Shown here: positions 6,415 through 12,385 of the stretch, piece by piece
How positions within the stretch are numbered: the stretch's first letter is position 1
Layout: each line of letters starts with the position of its first letter
NCBI GenBank assembly: GCA_016868955.1
Contig: VGFF01000064.1
Location: 1 to 12,385, forward strand
Direction of reading: 5' to 3'
Source: Armatimonadota bacterium
GTDB taxonomy: Bacteria; Sysuimicrobiota; Sysuimicrobiia; Sysuimicrobiales; VGFF01
DNA: 12,385 nt
Notes under the pieces: generated by a model
Seen by the model: the letters and a program-made list of their open reading frames with translations, nothing else
Told to the model about the DNA's origin: nothing
The model's database searches: none
Program-made: the position numbers and the translations under genes

Positions 6415-7318
6415 CGCCGTCGCCGTCGTTCATCGAGCGGGACGTCATGTCGCCGAGACTCCCGAGCAGCCGCGTGAACTCCATCGGGAAGATGAACTTC
6501 GTCGCCGGGCTGGCCCCCAGCGACTTCAACGTGTCGAGGTACTGCAGCCCCATCGTCTTGGCGTCGACGGTCTGCGCGACCTGATAGATGCGGTCCAGCG
6601 CCATCGAGAAGCCCTCGGCCCGCAGCAGCGTCGACTGGCGTTCCGCTTCCGCGCGCAGGATCGTGGCTTGCCGATCGCCTTCGGCGCGTAGGATCTCCGC
6701 CTGCTTCTGGCCTTCGGCGACCTTGATGTCCGCTTCCCGGCGTCCATCGGCCTCGGTGACGACCGCGCGGCGCGACCGCTCGGCGGACATCTGCCTCGTC
6801 ATCGCTTCCTGGACTTCCTTCGGCGGCAGGATTTCGCGGATCTCGACCGTCGTGATCTTCACGCCCCATCGCTCCGTCACTTCGTCGAGCTTCGTGCGCA
6901 GGACCTGGTTGATCTGGTCGCGCTTCGCGAGCACGTCATCCAAGGAGATGTCGCCGACGACGGCGCGCAGCGTCGTCGTCGCGATCCCTCGGGCGGCACC
7001 GGCGAAGTCGTTGACCTGGATGACCGACAGCTCAGGCTCGAAGACCTTCCAGTAAATGAGGAAGTCGATGTTGATCGGCGCGTTGTCCTTCGTGATGCAC
7101 GTCTGCGACGGGATCTCGAGGAACGCCTCGCGCAGATCGACGAGCACGGCTTTGTCGATGAACGGAATGAGGAGCACGATGCCGGGACCGCGCTGTCCGA
7201 TCGCCCGCCCGAACCGGAAGACGACGAGCCGCTGGTACTCGCGGACGATGCGAATGGCGGTCGTCAGGAACCAGAGCCCGAGAAATAGGACGACGAGGAA
7301 AGAGACATAGGCATTCAT
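6404..7318 (-). CDS. SPFH / band-7 (stomatin/slipin-like) membrane protein with C-terminal coiled-coil repeats
   Basis: ATG at 7318 with GGAGGTG SD 9 nt upstream. The track start at 7330 is a GTG inside the SD. It has an N-terminal TM helix (MNAYVSFLVVLFLGLWFLTTAI), then YQRLVVFRFGR...GPGIVLLIPFIDK...VDLRE, the stomatin/PHB core. The tail has repeated ...AEILRAEGDRQATILRAEAERQSTLLRAEG. It overlaps the malK-like stop convergently by 11 nt. Confidence 0.85.
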
Positions 7319-7365
7319 GGTTGAAAACACCTCCGGGTTCTCCGTGCACGGCGCGGCCGGCCGCC

Positions 7366-7371
7366 TTTCTA
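7366..7371 (-). promoter_or_regulatory. TAGAAA -10-like hexamer about 47 nt upstream of the SPFH start
   Basis: The minus strand reads acgtatcaTAGAAAggcgg...ccGGAGGtgttttcaaccATG. Confidence 0.25.
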
Positions 7372-7448
7372 TGATACGTAATCGGAATAGCGTGTCGCCG
7401 GAGAAAGCTTATCAGACGAGCCTGCGCCCGACGCGGCGTGCGGCGCCG

Positions 7449-7583
7449 CACGGGTTCGGCATTGACGTCGTCGGCACCAAGATCCTCGTCGGTTTCGTCG
7501 ATCGTGGCGGCCGCGTCATCGGCAGCGCGCGCATCGCGACGCCGGACGGACCGATCGCGGCCGTCGCGGAGATCGGGCGGCCG
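7449..7583 (+). pseudogene. N-terminal ~45-codon remnant of a ROK-family glucokinase (degenerate phosphate-1 loop), no intact downstream gene
   Basis: Frame-0 translation HGFGIDVVGTKILVGFVDRGGRVIGSARIATPDGPIAAVAEIGR aligns closely with ROK glucokinase N-termini (consensus G-[IV]-D-[IV]-GGTKI-AAG-[LV]-VD-x-x-G-x-[IL]-...-TP, as recalled for Streptomyces GlkA). The GG of DxGGT is VV here. After about 45 codons the similarity is lost and the frame becomes Arg/Ser-rich. Confidence 0.4.
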
Positions 7584-7747
7584 TCGACGCCATTCAAGCC
7601 GGCAGGCGCTCGGCGCTGGCGAGTATCCCGAATCTCGACGCGGCAGCGATCGCGCGTGCCGCGGCGGCGCGGACGGCGTTCCCGCTTCCCTACCGTCGTG
7701 TTCGCATCGTCCGCGCGCGGCGTTGCTCGCCCGCGATCAGGCCGCGG

Positions 7748-9031
7748 TCAAGTAAGCAGCAGCAGCGGGTTCTCGAGCAGCCGTTTCACTTCCACGAGTA
7801 ACCCGGCAGTGCCGACGCCGTCCGTGACGCGATGGTCAGCCGAGACCGTCAGCTCGAGGATCGGCCGCGCGACGATCTGACCGTCGCGGACGACGGCGCG
7901 GTCCTGCGCCCGGCCAACGGCCAGGATACCCGCCTGCGGGTGACCGAGGATGGCCACGAAGTGCGTCACGTCGTACATGCCAAGATTGCTGATCGAGAAG
8001 GTCGCGCCGGCGAACTCGTCCTGTCGCAGTTGTCCCTTGCGCGCGCCCTCGATCAAGCGGCGCGTTTCGCGCGCCAGCTGGAGCAACGGCAGCGTGTCGG
8101 CGTCGCGCAGGACCGGGACGATCAAACCGTCCGGGATCGCGACCATGACGCCGATGTGCACGCGATGGAACTGCCGCAACGTCTTGTCATCGACGATCTG
8201 GGCGTTGAGCGCCGGCAGCTTGCGCAGCGCGAGCGCGGTCGCCTTGACGATGAGGTCGTTTACCGATACCTTGCCGTCGCTGTCGCCGTAGGCGGCGCGC
8301 AGATCGTCGCGGAACTGGAGCGCGCGTGACATGTCCGCTTCGCTGGTAACGTAGAAGTGCGGCTGCTCCCGCTTGCTCGATACGACGCTGCGCGCGATCG
8401 CCTGGCGCATGCGGGACAACGTGACGTCGCTGAAGTCGGGGCCCGTACGTGGCGCCGCGGAAGGCTGTGCGGTCGGCGCCGCGGCCGGTGTCGGTGCGGC
8501 CGGCGCGGCGGCTGCGGGTGCCGCTGAACCGCGCGCCGAGGCTTCCTCGACGTCGCGTTCCACGATTCGTCCGCCCGGCCCGGTGCCTTGAATTTTGGTG
8601 AGATCGACGCCGCGCTCGGCGGCCAGCCGCCGCGCCAGGGGAGACGCCTTGATTCGTTCATCAGCGATCTTGGTCTCGGGCGCGGCCGCCGCTTGCCGGG
8701 CGGTGGGCGATTGCGGCGCAGCGGATTTCTGCGGCGGGGTGGCTTGTGATGCGGCGGGCGTCGGTCCCGGTGCCGCGGCGGCTGTCGCGCGCCCGCCGCC
8801 GCCGTTGATGTAGGCGATGACGCTGCCGACCGCGGCCACCTCGCCGGCGGGCGTGACGATCTGCGTCAACGTACCGCTTCCCTCGGCTTCGATCTCGACG
8901 TTGACCTTTTCGGTTTCGATCTCGGCGATCGCTTCGCCGCGCTTGACGGCGTCGCCCTCGTTCTTCCGCCACGCGATGATCTTTCCTTCGGTCATGGCGT
9001 CGCCCATCTTGGGCATGATGACTTCCGACAT
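7748..9031 (-). CDS. pdhC: Dihydrolipoamide acyltransferase, E2 component of a 2-oxo-acid dehydrogenase complex (single lipoyl domain, PSBD, catalytic domain)
   Basis: ATG at 9031 with GGAGG SD. Lipoyl motif EIETEKVNVEIEAEGSG, a long Ala/Pro linker, an E3-binding segment (SPLARRLAAERGVDLTKIQGTGPGGRIVERDV), and the catalytic motif DHRVTDG near the C-terminus. The gene symbol follows the pdhA/B/C convention only; substrate specificity (pyruvate vs branched-chain vs acetoin) is not determinable from here. Confidence 0.85.
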   Translation of the reverse strand: MSEVIMPKMGDAMTEGKIIAWRKNEGDAVKRGEAIAEIETEKVNVEIEAEGSGTLTQIVTPAGEVAAVGSVIAYINGGGGRATAAAAPGPTPAASQATPPQKSAAPQSPTARQAAAAPETKIADERIKASPLARRLAAERGVDLTKIQGTGPGGRIVERDVEEASARGSAAPAAAAPAAPTPAAAPTAQPSAAPRTGPDFSDVTLSRMRQAIARSVVSSKREQPHFYVTSEADMSRALQFRDDLRAAYGDSDGKVSVNDLIVKATALALRKLPALNAQIVDDKTLRQFHRVHIGVMVAIPDGLIVPVLRDADTLPLLQLARETRRLIEGARKGQLRQDEFAGATFSISNLGMYDVTHFVAILGHPQAGILAVGRAQDRAVVRDGQIVARPILELTVSADHRVTDGVGTAGLLVEVKRLLENPLLLLT

Positions 9032-9067
9032 TTCGCCTCCGAATCGCCGCCGCGCGGCCGCCGGCGC

Positions 9068-10042
9068 TCAGCTCAGCGCGCGACGAACCGCCTCCGCGAT
9101 GTCCTGCTCGTGTGGGATTGCCATCAACTCAATGCTACGGGCGTAGGGCATCGGCACGTCGGCGCCGGTGACGCGCGTGACCGGCGCGTCGAGGTCGTCG
9201 AAGCACCGCTCGGCGATCTCGGCCGCGACCTCGCCGGCGGCGCCGAACAGCCGCCACTGCTCCTGCACGACGACGGCGCGGTGCGTGCGCCGCACCGAGG
9301 CGATCACCGTTTCATAGTCGATCGGACGCAGCGACCGAAGGTCGACGACCTCGCACTCGATCCCATCGCGCGCCAGCGACTCGGCAGCCGCGAGCGCGAA
9401 ATGCAACATCCGGCTGTAGGCGATGACCGTAGCGTCGCGGCCGGCGCGGGCGATCCGCGCTTTTCCGAACGGCACGACGTAGTCGTTCTCCGGAACGTCG
9501 TCCTTGTGGCCGTACAGACCCGCGTGCTCGAGGAAGATCACCGGGTCTTCGCCGCGAATGGCGGCGCGCAGCAACCCCTTCACGTCGGCGGGCGTGCTCG
9601 GCGCCGCGACCTTCAGGCCCGGAAAGTGTCCGTAGAACGATTCGAGGGACTGGGAGTGCTGCGCCGAGAGCTGAACGCCGGCGCCATTGGGGCCGCGGAT
9701 CACCATCGGGACGCCGACCTGGCCGCCCGAGAAGTAACGGATCTTGGCGGCGTTCTGGATGATTTGGTCGGCCGCCGGCAAGGAGAAGTTCCAGGTCATG
9801 ACCTCGATGACGGGCCGCAGGCCGAGCATCGCCATCCCGATACCGGCGCCGATGAAGCCCAGCTCCGAGATTGGCGTATCGACGACGCGCCGCGGTCCGT
9901 ACTTGTCGAGCAGCCCTTCCGTGATCCGGAAGGTGCCTTGATAGACGCCGATGTCCTCGCCCATGAGGATGACGTTCGGGTTCCGATCCATCTCCTCCAC
10001 GAGCGTGGTCTTGATGGCGTCGCGGTAGGTCATTTCCGGCAT
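9068..10042 (-). CDS. pdhB: 2-oxo-acid dehydrogenase E1 component beta subunit (transketolase-like; PDH/BCKDH/acetoin-DH type)
   Basis: 324 aa. MPEMTYRDAIKTTLVEEMDRNPNVILMGEDIGVYQGTFRITEGLLDKYGPRRVVDTPISE... is typical E1beta. AGGAG SD lies before ATG at 10042. The stop is 36 bp upstream of the E2 start. Confidence 0.85.
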   Translation of the reverse strand: MPEMTYRDAIKTTLVEEMDRNPNVILMGEDIGVYQGTFRITEGLLDKYGPRRVVDTPISELGFIGAGIGMAMLGLRPVIEVMTWNFSLPAADQIIQNAAKIRYFSGGQVGVPMVIRGPNGAGVQLSAQHSQSLESFYGHFPGLKVAAPSTPADVKGLLRAAIRGEDPVIFLEHAGLYGHKDDVPENDYVVPFGKARIARAGRDATVIAYSRMLHFALAAAESLARDGIECEVVDLRSLRPIDYETVIASVRRTHRAVVVQEQWRLFGAAGEVAAEIAERCFDDLDAPVTRVTGADVPMPYARSIELMAIPHEQDIAEAVRRALS

Positions 10043-10116
10043 TGGGGCTCCTCGACTCGTGGACCACGCTCAAGCGCTACGCCGGCCGCGCGACGCGCGA
10101 CGCTCGCCACGACGAA

Positions 10117-11115
10117 TTACGCGTCCGCATAGATGTCCGTGTACAGCTCTTCGGCGGGAGGCTCCGGACTGGCTTCCGCGAACTTAACCGCCTCTTCGAC
10201 CATCCGATCGGCCGCCGCCTGGATCTCCGCGATCGCGCCGTCGGTGAGGTGACCGTCGGCGCGCAGGCGCCCCTCCAGCATCCGGATCGGATCTCGCTGG
10301 CGCCACGACTCGACTTCGGTCTTCTCTCGGTATGGCTGGAACAGATCGGCTGCGCCGTGGCCGCTGAATCGGTACGTCAGCGCCTCGACCGCGTACGGCC
10401 GCCCCGTGCGACGCGCTTCGTCGATGGCCCGTGACGCGACCCCATGAACGGCGAAGATATCCATGCCGTCGACTTGCTCGTTCGGGATGGCGTACTGGTC
10501 GAAGCGGGACGCGAGGTTCGTGACAGCGGACGACCGCTTCACCGAGGTGCCCATCGCGTAGAGATTGTTCTCGATGATGAAGACGACGGGGCACGTGCCG
10601 TCGTGGCCCCAGAGGCCCGCCATGTTGATCGGCTCATGGAACGCGCCGCTGTTCATCGCGCCGTCGCCGAAGAAGCACAGACAGACGCGGTCGGTGTTTT
10701 GGTAGCGAAGCGCATAGGCGGCTCCGACCGCCAGCGGAATGTGCCCGCCGATGACCCCATAGCCGCCGTAAAAACCGCGGGACACGTCGAAGATGTGCAT
10801 CGACCCGCCCTTGCCCTTGCAGACCCCGGTCACCTTGCCGTACAACTCGGCCATGATCGCGCCGGGATCCGAGCCTCGCAACAGCGGGTGAGGGTGGTCC
10901 CGGTACCCGGTGAACATGATGTCGTCCGGGCGGGACGCCTCGAGGAAGGCGGTCACGACCGCTTCTTGGCCGGTGTAGACGTGCAGGTAGCCGCCGATCT
11001 TGCCGCGCCGGAAGCTGCGTTCCGTCTGCTCCTCGAACGTGCGGATATAGATCATGTCCTTATACCACCGCAGCGCGACCTGAGGATCGATTTGCGGCTT
11101 CTCGACCTGCTTCAT
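10117..11115 (-). CDS. pdhA: 2-oxo-acid dehydrogenase E1 component alpha subunit (TPP-dependent)
   Basis: Start set at ATG 11115 (MKQVEKPQIDPQVALRWYKDMIYIRTFEEQ...). The ORF-track start at 11169 is a TTG preceded by Arg-rich sequence. The TPP-binding region is GDGAMNSGAFHEPINMAGLW. About 332 aa. The stop is 74 bp upstream of E1beta. Confidence 0.8.
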   Translation of the reverse strand: MKQVEKPQIDPQVALRWYKDMIYIRTFEEQTERSFRRGKIGGYLHVYTGQEAVVTAFLEASRPDDIMFTGYRDHPHPLLRGSDPGAIMAELYGKVTGVCKGKGGSMHIFDVSRGFYGGYGVIGGHIPLAVGAAYALRYQNTDRVCLCFFGDGAMNSGAFHEPINMAGLWGHDGTCPVVFIIENNLYAMGTSVKRSSAVTNLASRFDQYAIPNEQVDGMDIFAVHGVASRAIDEARRTGRPYAVEALTYRFSGHGAADLFQPYREKTEVESWRQRDPIRMLEGRLRADGHLTDGAIAEIQAAADRMVEEAVKFAEASPEPPAEELYTDIYADA

Positions 11116-11168
11116 GCGTTGGCCACCCGTTCGCTGACTTCCGGCGGCCTGCCGGCGCCGTCTTCCCA

Positions 11169-11174
11169 ATTCTA
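11169..11174 (-). promoter_or_regulatory. Candidate promoter of the E1alpha-E1beta-E2 operon: TGaTATAGAAT (extended -10 like) about 50 nt upstream of the E1alpha ATG
   Basis: The minus strand reads ggggaTTGATATAGAATtgggaagacgg in the 82-bp accC-E1alpha spacer. It is a rare AT-rich block in a GC-rich spacer. Confidence 0.3.
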
Positions 11175-11197
11175 TATCAATCCCCTTGGATCGATCG

Positions 11198-12385
<1,188 letters not shown>

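Noticed and set aside
6590-6730. Apparent DNA-level direct repeats (ggcgcgcaggatc / ggcgcgtaggatc ...)
   Set aside because: They encode the repeated LRAEG/ILRAE coiled-coil heptads of the SPFH protein C-terminus. This is a protein-level repeat, not a regulatory or mobile repeat.
8373-8813. Repetitive GC-rich tract (gcggccggtgtcggtgcggccggcgcggcggctgcgggtgcc...) that superficially resembles a tandem repeat or CRISPR-like array
   Set aside because: It encodes the Ala/Pro-rich inter-domain linker of the E2 acyltransferase on the minus strand. It has no regular repeat-spacer periodicity.
9110-10132. 340-aa plus-strand ORF and 253-aa minus-strand ORF (9312..10073) overlapping the E1beta gene
   Set aside because: These are shadow frames of a clearly identified E1beta gene, with Arg/Asp-rich composition and no start context.
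11116-11169. Longer E1alpha start at 11169 (MGRRRRQAAGSQRTGGQR...)
   Set aside because: The codon at 11169 is TTG and the extension is Arg-rich. ATG 11115 gives the conserved E1alpha N-terminus and an upstream purine-rich SD-like sequence.

Overview
This is a 12.4 kb, high-GC (~68-70%) bacterial window, and I see no evidence of a novel defence or other undescribed system in it; the unusual content is mobile-element activity plus three adjacent gene stubs. The left ~3.3 kb is accessory and decayed, and the right ~8 kb is conserved central-metabolism core. Left to right:
(1) The 5' ~199 codons of a tyrosine-recombinase (phage-type integrase) gene sit on the minus strand and run off the window start. 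It begins 77 bp from the 3' end of a tRNA-Ala(TGC) gene, the classic edge of a tRNA-integrated island whose body lies outside the window.
(2) A small ORF with a strong SD and a helix-turn-helix (HTH) segment is cut by an apparently intact IS3-family insertion sequence of about 1.19 kb. The IS has orfA and orfB, an A_AAA_AAG -1 frameshift heptamer, imperfect terminal inverted repeats and a flanking GTT(T) direct repeat.
(3) A secreted staphylococcal-nuclease-like (SNase/thermonuclease) lipoprotein is encoded on the minus strand.
(4) A rearrangement scar follows: a 29-codon N-terminal stub of a PEP-synthase-like gene (VGGKNASFGEML motif) lies antisense to the end of a GH57 glycoside-hydrolase gene. 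The GH57 gene is truncated just after its WLPESAY nucleophile motif.
(5) The core block is: a bifunctional phosphoglucose/phosphomannose isomerase (SIS domain), then an orphan MalK/MsiK-type sugar ABC ATPase, both on the plus strand. On the minus strand follow an SPFH/stomatin-family protein and a 417-bp spacer carrying a ~45-codon ROK-glucokinase N-terminal stub. Then comes a 2-oxo-acid dehydrogenase E1alpha-E1beta-E2 operon with no E3 in the window. A stand-alone biotin carboxylase (AccC-type, N-terminus off-window) ends 82 bp upstream of E1alpha.
A recurring TAGAAT-like -10 hexamer sits upstream of four minus-strand transcription units. No CRISPR array, rRNA or second tRNA was found. Most long Arg-rich ORFs in the supplied track are shadow-frame artefacts of the high GC content.
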